Assembly: GCA_011364965.1 (NCBI GenBank)
Contig: RDOB01000006.1
Coordinates: 96,001 to 160,000 of the forward strand
DNA from: Candidatus Heimdallarchaeota archaeon
GTDB taxonomy: Archaea; Asgardarchaeota; Heimdallarchaeia; Hodarchaeales; Hodarchaeaceae
Reading direction: 5' to 3'
Length of the DNA stretch: 64,000 nucleotides
The position numbers and the translations under genes are program-made. Positions 28,507 to 39,825 of this stretch are shown here, one piece after another. Numbering within the stretch: position 1 is the stretch's first letter; each line of letters opens with the position of its first letter. Below the pieces are notes generated by a model. That model made no database searches, was not told the origin of the DNA, and saw nothing but the letters and a program-made list of their open reading frames with translations.

Positions 28507-30051
28507 ATGAATCCCAAAATTAGTCAAAAGTCTAGTTTCGCTCCTACTATGTTTTATAAGGAAAGAATGGGTGGATTGCTTCTTCATATTACTAGTTTAC
28601 CGGGAAAATACGGAATCGGTGATATTGGCTATGAATTTTACAAGATTATCAATTTTTTAAATAAATATGGCATGAAAATACTTCAAATACTACCCCTAGG
28701 TCCAACAGGTTACGGAAACTCCCCTTACTCAAGTATATCAGCATTTGCTGGTAATTCTCTTCTTATTAGTCCTGATCTTCTTCGAGAAGAAAATTTATTA
28801 TCTTCAAAAGAATGTGTACCTCCAAGATTTCCAGCAACTAGTGTTGACTTCGAAGCAGTGATTCCTTTCAAGAATGAGTTGTTAAAAACAGCAAATGAGA
28901 AATTTAAAGAGCAGTCAGGTACACTCTTGAAAAAGAGATATGTGAAATTTCTAACCGATGAATCTTTCTGGCTAGATGATTTTGCTTTATATATGTCCAT
29001 TAAGGATGCATATAATCAGAAAGAGTGGAGTAAATGGGATATTGCATTAAAGAAACGAAACTCCAACGCTCTAAAGGACTGGGAAAGAACTCATAAGGGT
29101 GAAATTGACTTCTACAAATTCTCACAATTTATTTTTGTCGAACAATGGGCTAAAGCAAAGAAATATGCCAATGAGAAAAATATTTGGATTATTGGTGACA
29201 TTCCTCTTTATTGTGCATATGATTCTGTAGATGTTTGGGCAAATTCTGAATTATTTCACTTAAATGAAGAAAAAGAGTTGAAATTTGTAGCTGGTGTTCC
29301 TCCAGATTATTTCTCTGCTACAGGCCAGCGCTGGGGAAATCCAATTTACAATTGGGAAAAAATAAAAGAACAAAAGTTTGGTTGGTGGGTCAAACGAATC
29401 AAACATCTTTTCAGATTTATTGATGCTCTTCGTATTGACCATTTTCGAGGATTAGAATCTTATTGGCAGATTCCTGCAGCAGAACCAACAGCTATCGTTG
29501 GAACATGGAGATCTGGGCCAGGGAAAGAGTTCTTTAAAGCTTTGGAAAACGAATTAGGAACTTTAGCGATAATAGCAGAGGATTTGGGGATAGTAACACC
29601 AGAGGTTGATAATTTGAGAGAAATTACTGGTTTCCCTGGGATGAGGGTTTTACAGTTCGCATTTGCTGATCAAGGTGAAGGAGGATATTGTAAAAATCCA
29701 TATCTTCCTCATAATTATGAAAAAAATACAGTTGTTTATACAGGAACCCATGATAATGCACCAACAAGAACTTGGTTCAAGAATGCATCAGATGATGTAA
29801 AAAACCACATATATGAATATATTAATCCTCGCATCGATGATATATGTGGAGAGATGATGAAACTTGCCTGGGCTTCAGTTGCTCATCATGCAATCGTTCC
29901 TCTCCAAGATTTACTAAGATTAGGTGTGGAATCACGAATGAACTTACCAGGAACTGGTGAGAGAAATTGGGAATGGCGTTTTACTTGGGATCAATTAACT
30001 GATGCTCATGGAAAAGAGATTCAGAGATTAAATAGACTTTACTGTCGTTAA
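28507..30051 (+). CDS. malQ: 4-alpha-glucanotransferase (amylomaltase, GH77)
   Basis: LLHITSLP, AGVPPDYFSATGQRWGNP, RIDHFRG, IAEDLG, YTGTHDN. Confidence 0.96.
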   Translation: MNPKISQKSSFAPTMFYKERMGGLLLHITSLPGKYGIGDIGYEFYKIINFLNKYGMKILQILPLGPTGYGNSPYSSISAFAGNSLLISPDLLREENLLSSKECVPPRFPATSVDFEAVIPFKNELLKTANEKFKEQSGTLLKKRYVKFLTDESFWLDDFALYMSIKDAYNQKEWSKWDIALKKRNSNALKDWERTHKGEIDFYKFSQFIFVEQWAKAKKYANEKNIWIIGDIPLYCAYDSVDVWANSELFHLNEEKELKFVAGVPPDYFSATGQRWGNPIYNWEKIKEQKFGWWVKRIKHLFRFIDALRIDHFRGLESYWQIPAAEPTAIVGTWRSGPGKEFFKALENELGTLAIIAEDLGIVTPEVDNLREITGFPGMRVLQFAFADQGEGGYCKNPYLPHNYEKNTVVYTGTHDNAPTRTWFKNASDDVKNHIYEYINPRIDDICGEMMKLAWASVAHHAIVPLQDLLRLGVESRMNLPGTGERNWEWRFTWDQLTDAHGKEIQRLNRLYCR

Positions 30052-30053
30052 GA

Positions 30054-30640
30054 TTATTTTATTTCTATATTAAATTTAGAAATCACTTGAAATAGGGAAT
30101 CACTCAGATTATTCAATTCTTCCGCTGTTGCTGATAATTGACTCATGGAGGCTGTCTGTTCCTCTATTCCTGCAGCAACTTCCTCTGAAGATGCACTGAA
30201 TTCCTCTGATTGCGCAGCGAAATTTTGGAATGCTTCCTGTAATTCATTGACGTTTTTCATAAAATTATCAATCATAAACTGGTTTATGACGCGATATCCT
30301 CCACGCTTATCTTTGTACCCTCTGCTAAACGTCGAGTACTGCTCGTGACGACTGCAAAACCTCGCTCAGAGTCACCAGCTCTTACTGCTTCAATAGCTAT
30401 GTTGAGGACAAGAATGTTAGTCTGACTTGATATGTCACCAATCATTCAGAGGTGGCTCCGATATCCTGTAACGATTTTTTGAGTAATTCCAATGTAAGAC
30501 TTACATCTTTGAACCTTTTTTCTGCGAGCTCTGTTTAAGATGAAGCTCCCCTGCTGATTTGCAAAATTGTAACAGAACTTTCTTCAGAGAGCGCATTGAC
30601 TTCTTTTATTGTCTCTACTAATCATTTGACTGATGTTATA
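30054..30640 (-). pseudogene. Methyl-accepting chemotaxis protein pseudogene
   Basis: [39 protein letters not shown] (MCP hairpin tip) and SEEVAAGIEEQTASMSQLSATAEEL, interrupted by stops and frameshifts. Confidence 0.85.
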
Positions 30641-30828
30641 ATATTTATTGCCACAAAAACATCAAGTCCTTTCACAGCAAATTTTTTCATTTGATCATAG
30701 AATGACACTTCTGTTGAGTAGTTCATGTTCTCGTACCTTCTTCCATCCTCTTTATTCAATCAAACACTCAAGGATATTCTCACTTAAATATTTAGTCTTA
30801 AAAATGAACATAAAGGAATTATTTCCAA

Positions 30829-31248
30829 ATGAAAAATATGTACTTTGCATTTATGCAAAGGAGTATTAATGTCGAATCTAGAACAAGTGGTGAGATAGAG
30901 TTGAGTGATGATAACCTAGAAGAGATTAAAACAGATCCAATTCAAAAGGAAATAATCGGAGAGCTCGCTAAGCTAATCTCTCAAAAATTAAATCTTAGAG
31001 AAATGGTTGTGAAAGGATTTTTATGGCGCGGGCTTAGAGAATGGCAAATTTCTCATGGCATAACTCACCAGCAGACCGAGGATGGGCTTCGTAGTTCGCC
31101 ACGAAAGCGGATGGAACAAATGACGGAAATATTGGAGCTGTTTGAAAAACAAGTAGTTAAAATTTTGAGTTCTGAAAAATCCAATGAATTGGATCATACA
31201 TTAAAGAGTGCCCTTCAAATGTATGAAGAGAAATATGCAAATCGATGA
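30829..31248 (+). CDS. Hypothetical protein
   Basis: 139-aa helical ORF; true start may be internal. Confidence 0.6.
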   Translation: MKNMYFAFMQRSINVESRTSGEIELSDDNLEEIKTDPIQKEIIGELAKLISQKLNLREMVVKGFLWRGLREWQISHGITHQQTEDGLRSSPRKRMEQMTEILELFEKQVVKILSSEKSNELDHTLKSALQMYEEKYANR

Positions 31249-31397
31249 AGACACCTTTATTTGATGTCTTTTTTAACTATTGATTTTGCTTTTTGCCGAT
31301 ACTTATCAATCTACTGATATCGCTCTTAATTTTGCCAAGAATACAAGTTATAAAAACTTGTATGCTGATGAGTAACCAGAAGTGACATAGGTTAAGT

Positions 31398-31670
31398 GTG
31401 GTAAAATATATGAGCGATAAGAAGGAAATTCATGGGGGATATGGATTCGGGCTGGGAAAAATAAGTCAAAAAAAGCTCAAAGGGGTTTCCTCCTCCAAAG
31501 AAGCTTTTGATGAACATTTACTTCATAAAGATTTAGAACGAATTAAGAATAATGGTAAATCATCTCGTGTTTTGGAATTAGAGCGTGTTTATACTGGACC
31601 CAACATGCGTAAGGAACGAGATCAATTTCGCTCAAAAGCTTGTTCCTATATATTATTCAAATATTTTTAA
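31398..31670 (+). CDS. Hypothetical small protein
   Basis: 90-aa ORF with no motif. Confidence 0.4.
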   Translation: MVKYMSDKKEIHGGYGFGLGKISQKKLKGVSSSKEAFDEHLLHKDLERIKNNGKSSRVLELERVYTGPNMRKERDQFRSKACSYILFKYF

Positions 31671-31800
31671 TGAATCAGAATATAACGGTTAAGAGGACGA
31701 AGAGGGGAGAGAGGTATATTTTTTTAAAATCTGATAAAGCTACTGTTTTTTAATTGCACTTATCTTAGTATTTATTTATTTTAACCACATTTCGGGATTT

Positions 31801-32979
31801 ATGCGAAAAACCGTAATTATCATTAGATTAACCATACTCTTCCTATTTCTCTCTTATTCGGTTGAAAATTTTAAAATTAAATCAATAACAGAAAATAATG
31901 GCTCGATTAATCAGTTGAGGATCTCTTCTCCTAGAAATCAAGGATTAAGTGAAGATATCATCACCAATATGCTTGAGGGTATAAATCAAAGCTTAATAAA
32001 GATGGATAGCTTATTAATAGTAAAAAATGGATATCTTGTTGTTGAAGAATATTATAATGGGTATTCAGAGGGATTGGCGCATCAATTATATTCTGTTACG
32101 AAAAGTGTCATATCCGCTTTGACGGGGATTGCGATTGATCACGGATATTTCAATTTAAATGATACTGTGATGAGTTTTTTTCCAAATTATACCTTTAATT
32201 ATGAAAGTAAATGGAAGGAGGAAATAACAGTGCAACACTTGCTTTCGATGAGAGTAGGTATAGAATGGGATGAATGGAGTTTAGATTACACAGACCAAGA
32301 TAATCCATTTACTCAAATGAGAAACAGTGAGGATTGGGTCCAGTACATACTGGATAAACCTATGGCTTGTGAACCAGGTAGTCATTTTGTTTATAATACT
32401 GGTGCGAGTCACTTACTATCCGCCATTATTCAGCAAACGGTGAACATAACAACATTAGATTTTGCAAATAAATACCTATTTGACCCTTTGGATATCGAGC
32501 CGAGTGTGTGGGTAGCTAGCCCAAATGACATTGTCTGTGGAGGATATGGTTTATGTATTACACCACGAGAAATGGCTAAGTTTGGCTTACTTTTTTTAAA
32601 TAACGGAAGTTGGAACAACCAAGTAATTATCCCCAAAGAATGGGTAATACGATCAACTAGAGAGGGGTTTAAAATGAGTGATGAATCCAAAGAGGAATAC
32701 GGATTTCAATGGTGGATTTCACCCGAAAGGTTCAATTACTTTATGTATTCGGCTCGTGGGTATGCAGGTCAATATATAATTACTTTACCTGAACTGGAGT
32801 TAATTCTTATTCTAACATCAAGTGGGGGGTCTGCTGAATATAGTGAGCTGCTTCAAAAGTACATCATCCCCGCAGCTGAAAATAATTCTCGGCAAATTTC
32901 TGGTTTAGAATTAGATATGATATTAATCCTTGGAATATTTCTATTAGTGTTTGTGAGGTTAAGAAAAAAGATAGGTTAA
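31801..32979 (+). CDS. Secreted serine hydrolase (beta-lactamase/AmpC-like fold) with C-terminal membrane anchor
   Basis: Signal peptide, SVTKS (SxxK), YNT, ARGYAGQ; tail SGLE-hydrophobic-RLRKK. Confidence 0.9.
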   Translation: MRKTVIIIRLTILFLFLSYSVENFKIKSITENNGSINQLRISSPRNQGLSEDIITNMLEGINQSLIKMDSLLIVKNGYLVVEEYYNGYSEGLAHQLYSVTKSVISALTGIAIDHGYFNLNDTVMSFFPNYTFNYESKWKEEITVQHLLSMRVGIEWDEWSLDYTDQDNPFTQMRNSEDWVQYILDKPMACEPGSHFVYNTGASHLLSAIIQQTVNITTLDFANKYLFDPLDIEPSVWVASPNDIVCGGYGLCITPREMAKFGLLFLNNGSWNNQVIIPKEWVIRSTREGFKMSDESKEEYGFQWWISPERFNYFMYSARGYAGQYIITLPELELILILTSSGGSAEYSELLQKYIIPAAENNSRQISGLELDMILILGIFLLVFVRLRKKIG

Positions 32980-33048
32980 AAGTTTTTATTAAACCCTCCA
33001 TAATTATTTAACTACACATGATGTATTTCATCAGGGAGAATTACCCCA

Positions 33049-33525
33049 ATGGATGAAGAACAACGTACTAAAGTCTGGACAAAAATAAAAGCTATTCGTG
33101 CGAGCTGGCAAGATACTTCAAAGCTTGAAAAGGAATTGATAGATTGGGAGAATTTTTTTGGATCTAAATACCTTAAGGTTGCTGAAGAAATTCTCGCAGA
33201 GAAAATATATAAACAGTTTGAGAACATAGGAAGAGAAAATCAACCCAATACTCCAGAAACCCTGGTAAAAATTATGTGGAAAGGATGGACCGAAGGAAAA
33301 TTTACGATTGAAAAAACTGGGGAAAAAATCCAAATTCTCTGTACAAAATGTCCAATTGCTGATGCTTATATTACTGTTGGAAGGCCAGATCTTGGATTAG
33401 TTTTTCAATGTAGTGAAGATTTTCATATCGTAAAAGGATTTAATCCAGAAATAAGATTTAGTCGAACCAAGACTTTGATGAGCGGAGATGAATGCTGTAA
33501 TCATTGCTATTCAACAGATTTCTAG
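33049..33525 (+). CDS. L-2-amino-thiazoline-4-carboxylate hydrolase-like family protein
   Basis: CTKCPIA, FQCSEDF, FNPEIRFSRTKTLMSGDECCNHCY. Confidence 0.85.
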   Translation: MDEEQRTKVWTKIKAIRASWQDTSKLEKELIDWENFFGSKYLKVAEEILAEKIYKQFENIGRENQPNTPETLVKIMWKGWTEGKFTIEKTGEKIQILCTKCPIADAYITVGRPDLGLVFQCSEDFHIVKGFNPEIRFSRTKTLMSGDECCNHCYSTDF

Positions 33526-33638
33526 GATTTAAACTTGTAAATAAGAGTAGTTGTTAAAAATAAGGGATTTGATGACCAAAACCAAGATATCTTATTTTCA
33601 GGAAAAATGAGAATACAATAAAAGAAGGAGAATTTCGA

Positions 33639-34562
33639 TTGACTGAATATATATATAAGAATTGGGAACCTAATAAAGGATTTGAAAACCTTCAAGCTGA
33701 TGTTTTTAATGAGGCTAATCAATTTAAATTTGCACCTGCCAATGGAGATCAAATAAAACAGGAGTATGAACAAGAGAAAGTTGATCCCCAGACTATTCAG
33801 TATGCATTTCATGGGGATAAAATGATCGCCTATGTAAAGGGACGGATGCGAAAGAAGTCCAAAGAAGTCCATATAAGTTTTCCCTGGGCAGTTCAGGGAA
33901 CTCCAGTTGAAGTTCAAGATAAATTATTTGCTGATATGATCTTGTATCTACAAAGGCAGTATCCATCTTATCAGCTGCGAGTGAATGCAATGGCAAAACC
34001 TGAGGAAAATTTAGATTTTTTGAAGAAAAGAGGATTTGTTGAGAGAAATCTTTGGAAAGCTGTTTATTTATCAGTCCAATCGCTCGTGGAAGCCTCTTAT
34101 AAAATTCCTTATACTTCTCGATTAGGATCTGAGTATGATATAGATGCATTAATTAAACTATTCAAGGCAGATGGTCGATATTCGGCCCAATTTCCCACTG
34201 ATGAAGACATAGTTAAATATTTTAGGGATAATGTATTTACTACTGGACATCTTATATTGCTTTATGAAAATGACAAATTGATAGCGGCTTCTGCCCCACT
34301 GGTTACATCCTCCTCCCCTGAGGAAGAAGAAAGTATCATTCAGCGATTTACAGCTTATAAATTTCTAAAAGAACAGAAAGGTTCAATACCATTGCTCATA
34401 GAACTGGCTAAAGAGTGTTTAGTAACGGGTTATGGAGCAAATAAACCATTTTTAACCTATATAGATGATATGGATTCACCTCGCGATCTGAGGGAATTCA
34501 TAGGAAAAATTACGCCGCTGAAAAGTAAAGTTTTGATGTATTACTATTATTTAAAGAATTAA
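33639..34562 (+). CDS. GNAT-like protein
   Basis: GNAT-type strands, FLKKRGF; two-lobed. Confidence 0.6.
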   Translation: MTEYIYKNWEPNKGFENLQADVFNEANQFKFAPANGDQIKQEYEQEKVDPQTIQYAFHGDKMIAYVKGRMRKKSKEVHISFPWAVQGTPVEVQDKLFADMILYLQRQYPSYQLRVNAMAKPEENLDFLKKRGFVERNLWKAVYLSVQSLVEASYKIPYTSRLGSEYDIDALIKLFKADGRYSAQFPTDEDIVKYFRDNVFTTGHLILLYENDKLIAASAPLVTSSSPEEEESIIQRFTAYKFLKEQKGSIPLLIELAKECLVTGYGANKPFLTYIDDMDSPRDLREFIGKITPLKSKVLMYYYYLKN

Positions 34563-34585
34563 GCTATCTTCTTACTTTTACTAAT

Positions 34586-34780
34586 TTAGAACTCGTCCCA
34601 AATCTTCTTCAAAGCCTGTTCGCTATATTGTTTAACCCAAAATTCCAAACAATCCTCCAGAACTAAGGCTGCAATAGCTGATGGTCTAATTCGGAGGATC
34701 TCAGCAAAATTATCAAGCTTCTCGCGTACCTCACTCGGTATTCTCACTGAAATAACAGCGGTTTTGGTCATAATAAGCAC
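34586..34780 (-). CDS. Ribbon-helix-helix DNA-binding protein
   Basis: TAVISVRIPSEVREKLDNFAEILRIRPSAIAALVL. Confidence 0.7.
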   Translation of the reverse strand: MLIMTKTAVISVRIPSEVREKLDNFAEILRIRPSAIAALVLEDCLEFWVKQYSEQALKKIWDEF

Positions 34781-34824
34781 CTTGATACCAATTAAGAATA
34801 TGAACCTATAGATTAAAATTTCAG

Positions 34825-35595
34825 CTAATTAAGTTCATTGAAGAGAAGAGGATAATTGATTTTATCAACAATTTTCAATATGGAATGGCTTTGTCTTACT
34901 AATAAAATGCCAAAAAAGGGCAAGATGAACACTTGGAGAGCAATGCTAAATAGAATTATATCCAATCCTAATACAATACCAATAAATCCAACTAAATCGC
35001 CAAATTGGTAAATTAAATATCCTAAAAGCATAGTTATAAGGTGTGTTAGTAACTGACTGGTATATTTTTGCTCTGCAAATTTTAATTTAACATGTCTTAA
35101 TCTAATCAACATAATTATGACTAAAATATCAACTAGGAAGGCAATCCCATACAAACCAAAAAAGAGAAAGGTCTCTAATATCTCATTAGAGATAATTAGT
35201 GATGTGATTAACATTCCCAGAACTAGTGTTGGAATCAAGGGGATATAGTGTTCAAAAAATACATTTCTATTTGAGGAGAGATGTAAATAGAGAAACGTAA
35301 ATTCGGTCATTGTTATCAGCATAAATACAGAGATAATTTTACCCATTTCAGAGAGTTTCATTACTTCAAGTGTTTCAAACATCTCCGAAGCGGCAGTAGG
35401 TGTAAATATAGACAGCAAGCTTAGCAATAAAATAGTAGTACCAAATAAAAGCAAAACCATAATCATATGAAGGAAAGTTTCTTCACGAATTGTTTTATAG
35501 AGAGGAATGGAAAAAGCACTGGCAAAAAAAATTGAAATAGCGCCAAAAAAGAGGAATCCACCAATAATTTGCACGAAAAGAGACATAGTTCTCAA
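34825..35595 (-). CDS. Hypothetical multi-pass (about 7 TM) membrane protein
   Basis: Hydrophobic segments throughout. Confidence 0.65.
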   Translation of the reverse strand: MRTMSLFVQIIGGFLFFGAISIFFASAFSIPLYKTIREETFLHMIMVLLLFGTTILLLSLLSIFTPTAASEMFETLEVMKLSEMGKIISVFMLITMTEFTFLYLHLSSNRNVFFEHYIPLIPTLVLGMLITSLIISNEILETFLFFGLYGIAFLVDILVIIMLIRLRHVKLKFAEQKYTSQLLTHLITMLLGYLIYQFGDLVGFIGIVLGLDIILFSIALQVFILPFFGILLVRQSHSILKIVDKINYPLLFNELN

Positions 35596-35777
35596 ATTAA
35601 AACAAACAAATTACGTTTTTAAATTTCTGTACGTATTGTAAGCGTTTATTACAATCCTTTTTTTGTAGTTTAACAATACATGTAAATATAAAGCTCAAAA
35701 AGAAGGAATTTAAACGGCTAATATCTCCGCTTAAATGTACAATTATAAAATACTACTGCGATAAGGTAGGGTATGAT

Positions 35778-36482
35778 ATGATAGAATTAAAAGCGATTGG
35801 AAAACACTATCAAATGGGGGAAATTAAAGTAAAAGCTTTGGATGACATAAATTTAGAAATAACAAAGGGTGAAATCGTAGTATTACTCGGACCTTCGGGT
35901 TCTGGGAAAACTACTTTATTAAATCTGATTGGGGCTCTAGATTCTCCAACTGCTGGTGAAATAGATATTAATGGAACCCGCATCTCAAAATATAAGCGAA
36001 GTCAACAATTTAAATTCCGTCGTAATACTATTGCATTCATATTCCAGACCTTTAATCTATTTCCAACTTTATCTGCATTCGAAAATGTCCAATATGTTGC
36101 TGAACTTTCCAAAATAAAAGAAAGTAAGAAAAAGTCCAAGGATGCTTTAGAAGCTGTAGGTCTTGGGGGTCGAATTCGACATTTTCCGCATCAACTATCT
36201 GGAGGAGAACAGCAGCGAGTAGCAATTGCAAGAGCTTTAGTCAAAGAATCACCAATCATATTAGCAGATGAACCAACAGGAGAATTAGATTTCAAAACAG
36301 GAAAACAAATCCTCGAATTACTTGTTCAACAGCATGGGAATGGAACCACTGTTTTAATAGTTACTCATAATCGTGAAATAGCTCGAGTATCAAATCGTGT
36401 GGTTGAATTACACTCAGGAAAAGTTACGAGTGATGGGCCTCCTCAAAATGGCAAAGTTCCTATCGATAAGCTCCATTGGTGA
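35778..36482 (+). CDS. ABC transporter ATP-binding protein (LolD/MacB-like)
   Basis: GPSGSGKT, LSGGEQQRVAIARAL, ILADEPTGELD. Confidence 0.95.
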   Translation: MIELKAIGKHYQMGEIKVKALDDINLEITKGEIVVLLGPSGSGKTTLLNLIGALDSPTAGEIDINGTRISKYKRSQQFKFRRNTIAFIFQTFNLFPTLSAFENVQYVAELSKIKESKKKSKDALEAVGLGGRIRHFPHQLSGGEQQRVAIARALVKESPIILADEPTGELDFKTGKQILELLVQQHGNGTTVLIVTHNREIARVSNRVVELHSGKVTSDGPPQNGKVPIDKLHW

Positions 36483-38962
36483 TAGAAATGGGTAATTTAA
36501 AACTATTACTACGCTGGTCAATTCGAGATTTACAACAGCGCTGGATCCAAGTCATTACGATATCAATTATTATTGCTTTAGGGATTGGGGTATACACGGG
36601 ATTAAGTAGCACAACACCATGGCGTCAAACATCCTTTGAAGAGAGTAATGAAGCATTGAACATGTTTGACTTAAAAATGAGTCTTTTGACGGGAGGTTGG
36701 ATCAATCAAACAGATCTAGATGCATTAATTATGAATTTAACATATTCAGAGAGCTTAAAGGGTATCGAATATCGAATCAGTATACCTACAACAGTAAATG
36801 CTTCCACAGTAAATAAATCAATTCTTGTTAATGGAAAAATAATTGGAGTTGACATGGTAGAGGGATCAGAGGCAGTAGAGGTGAATGGATTTGCTATAAC
36901 TGAAGGACGTCATATTCAATCAAATGAACGATCTGAAAACGTTTGCCTAGTAGAATACAATTTTGCCCAGTATTATGAACTTACAGCAAATAATCAGACA
37001 CTTCAGATCTCAGGAGGATATGAACTCTCATATATAGGGACAGTATTGACCCCAGAATATTTTATGGTGGTCGAGGGAAATTTAATATTTGCAGAATCCG
37101 CATTCTGTGCATTGTTTGTACCCCTAGAAACCGCGCAATTTATTTTAGAACACTCTATTGGAATCCCTAAAGGATACATAAATGAAGTACTTTTTTTATT
37201 TGATGAAGGTGGAGACATCACTTCATTTGCACAAGAGCTTGAAGATGAAATTGAAACGCAATATCCTCAATTGAGTATTGATTTAATGGAGAAAGATGAA
37301 CATCCTTCTTATAAATTACAGCTAGAAGATATTCCAGGGGATCAGGAGATGTATTACATATTTTCTTTCTTGGTTTTGCTCATCGCAATTTTTGGTGCAT
37401 ATAATCTTATCTCACGGGTAGTAAATTCTCAACGTAGGCAAATTGGAATCAATATGGCATTAGGTGTACCTCCAAGGTTCATAGCCATCCGATATTTTCT
37501 ATTTAGTCTGGAAATTTCACTGGGGGGTATTTTTTTTGGATATATTTTTGCATTATTCTTTGGCCACGCCTTAGGAGGAGTGATAAAGGAATTAATCCCT
37601 TATGTGGTCTGGCGAGAGTGGTTGGTAACTGAATTATTTATACAAGGAACACTCATTGGGATAATCATTCCTATTTTTGCTTCCTTCATTCCCATATGGC
37701 GCGCTATTCGAATGCAGCCTATAGATGCAATTCAAACAGGAGCAAGAATTGGAACAGGAAAGAAATTTTCCCCTTTTTTGACCTACCTTCGGTTGCCTGG
37801 ATCAATTTTCCTTCAAATTCCAATTCGGAATCTAACCCGAAATCTCAGAAGAACTCTCTCGACATTTGGGGGAATAGCTCTAGCAATCTGTGTCTTGGTT
37901 GGAGTAATAGGATTTATGGATGGTGCAGATAAATTACTTGCTGATGAGGAGGCTCTCATTATAGGCGATTCAGAGAACCGAATTGATGTGACTCTAAATA
38001 ATTTATATAATGCCACCTTATACCCCGTGACAAATATGACTAATCATGAAGATGTAAGGTCTGCAGTAACAATGCTTCAGTTTCCTGTTTCCATTTATTC
38101 AACAGGCAAGTCTATCGATATAATTATGCGAAGCTTTAATATTACGAACGAGATATGGGTTCCTCTTTCAGCAAGTGAATTAGAAGGGAAAAATTTGTAC
38201 AAAGGAGCTATTATTTCACAAGAAGCAGCCCAAGACTTGAATGTTAAGGTGGGGGATGAAATCACGCTTGAACACCCCTATCGAGAATCAGCATTTCGTT
38301 ATACCAAGCAAAATACCACATTCCACCTCCTAGCGATTCAAAAAAGTAATATCCGATTTTGGATGTACTGCGATCTCACTGCTAATAGCCCCATATTCAA
38401 TATGACAGGATTAACCAATTCACTCATGGTACTCCCAAAAGCTGGAGTAACAGAATTAAACCTTAAAGAAAGCTTTTTTACCCTTCCGGGATATAGTAGT
38501 GTTCAATCGGTCACTCAGATTGTGAAAGTTTATGAAGAGCTGATAGAAGTATTTAGGTCAATTTTTGAAGTTTTACAGTATGTAGTAATCGTATTGGCCG
38601 TACTGCTGGTATATAACACCACATCGGTCAATATGGAAGAACGTACTCGAGAACTGGCTACCATGGGTGCATTTGGTACCCCAATTCGGATCACTTCCCG
38701 AATCTTGATGTTGGAGGCATTTATGGCCGGGGTACTGGGATCTGTCACTGGGTATTTCTTGTTATCCCCTTTTATAGTAACTGTGTTAGAAAATAAGGTC
38801 ACGGAAGCTATGGATGAGATTGGATTGACCGCAACGCTGACCCTCACCAGTTTAGGTGTACTTATCGTGATTGGAGTGATCTTAGTGACAATAATTCCCT
38901 TGCTTTCAGTACGAAAGTTAATGCGAATGGATCTGCCTTCAGCTCTACGTGTGAGTGAATAA
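36476..38962 (+). CDS. ABC transporter permease (FtsX/MacB-like, duplicated)
   Basis: SQRRQIGINMALG and ERTRELATMGAFG repeats with large extracytoplasmic domains. Confidence 0.9.
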   Translation: MVIEMGNLKLLLRWSIRDLQQRWIQVITISIIIALGIGVYTGLSSTTPWRQTSFEESNEALNMFDLKMSLLTGGWINQTDLDALIMNLTYSESLKGIEYRISIPTTVNASTVNKSILVNGKIIGVDMVEGSEAVEVNGFAITEGRHIQSNERSENVCLVEYNFAQYYELTANNQTLQISGGYELSYIGTVLTPEYFMVVEGNLIFAESAFCALFVPLETAQFILEHSIGIPKGYINEVLFLFDEGGDITSFAQELEDEIETQYPQLSIDLMEKDEHPSYKLQLEDIPGDQEMYYIFSFLVLLIAIFGAYNLISRVVNSQRRQIGINMALGVPPRFIAIRYFLFSLEISLGGIFFGYIFALFFGHALGGVIKELIPYVVWREWLVTELFIQGTLIGIIIPIFASFIPIWRAIRMQPIDAIQTGARIGTGKKFSPFLTYLRLPGSIFLQIPIRNLTRNLRRTLSTFGGIALAICVLVGVIGFMDGADKLLADEEALIIGDSENRIDVTLNNLYNATLYPVTNMTNHEDVRSAVTMLQFPVSIYSTGKSIDIIMRSFNITNEIWVPLSASELEGKNLYKGAIISQEAAQDLNVKVGDEITLEHPYRESAFRYTKQNTTFHLLAIQKSNIRFWMYCDLTANSPIFNMTGLTNSLMVLPKAGVTELNLKESFFTLPGYSSVQSVTQIVKVYEELIEVFRSIFEVLQYVVIVLAVLLVYNTTSVNMEERTRELATMGAFGTPIRITSRILMLEAFMAGVLGSVTGYFLLSPFIVTVLENKVTEAMDEIGLTATLTLTSLGVLIVIGVILVTIIPLLSVRKLMRMDLPSALRVSE

Positions 38963-39102
38963 ACAGGAAATCTCACTCACAATCCTTAACTTTTTTCCTT
39001 TTCCGAGGCATATGGCGATACTCGATATGAAACGCGAGATATCTAGATTATTAAACCAAATGATATACATTTAAATAATGCAAAACTGGTTTGTGATGGG
39101 AA

Positions 39103-39825
39103 TTGATATTCTTGAAAAAGAGTGCATTCAATCGGTTGAATTTCTCTAGTATCTTACTTGCGTTTTTGGTAGCTACTTCAAGTTCATCAGATTGCTTTAT
39201 TCAGGCATCTGTACCCTCTGAAATACATTCTGCAAATGCAATCTGGATAGAACCATCAAATCTAACAATCAAGGACATAGGTGATAAATTCAACATTACT
39301 GTTTTTATTAACATAACACAGGTCAGCTTCGCTTGGCAGATCAAATTGTATTTTAATTCAACAGTATTAATGGCACTTAAAACAGGTTATACCTGCATTA
39401 ACGGAAGTGAGTTTTTTTCCGAATACCCTTCGATAACTGTAACTCCAATAATTAACAATGAAGAGGGATACATTCTTCACGGGGAATCATTACTTAGTAA
39501 TGATGAGAAAGCTTCCGGATATGGAAGTTTAATATGGATAGAGTTTAATCTAACACAAATTCCGACCCAGAATGACTCTACAGTATATTTTTCGATACCC
39601 TATGGAATTGATACTTTTATTTTAACACCATACATTGATATAATTCCTATGGATTCGATGAACGGAGCAAAAGTCTCTATAAAGACTACAAACTTACCAC
39701 CCTTTCCAGATATCATTACACTAATAATAATTACTATCATTATCGGAATAGTTGTGGGTACTCTTGTATTACTGAATAGAAAAAGAAGAAGGAAGAAAAA
39801 GGATTTTGAAGAACAGGAAAATTAG
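39103..39825 (+). CDS. Membrane-anchored cohesin-domain protein
   Basis: Signal peptide; IWIEPS, FNITVFI, FAWQIKLYFNSTVL, GYGSLIWIEF; C-terminal TM plus RKRRRKKK. Confidence 0.7.
   Translation: MIFLKKSAFNRLNFSSILLAFLVATSSSSDCFIQASVPSEIHSANAIWIEPSNLTIKDIGDKFNITVFINITQVSFAWQIKLYFNSTVLMALKTGYTCINGSEFFSEYPSITVTPIINNEEGYILHGESLLSNDEKASGYGSLIWIEFNLTQIPTQNDSTVYFSIPYGIDTFILTPYIDIIPMDSMNGAKVSIKTTNLPPFPDIITLIIITIIIGIVVGTLVLLNRKRRRKKKDFEEQEN

Noticed and set aside
31801-32979. Antibiotic-resistance beta-lactamase
   Set aside because: The SxxK fold is shared by many esterases and peptidases; nothing supports beta-lactam specificity.
34825-35595. Opsin or GPCR-like 7TM receptor
   Set aside because: Hydrophobicity pattern only; no retinal-binding lysine or other diagnostic motif.
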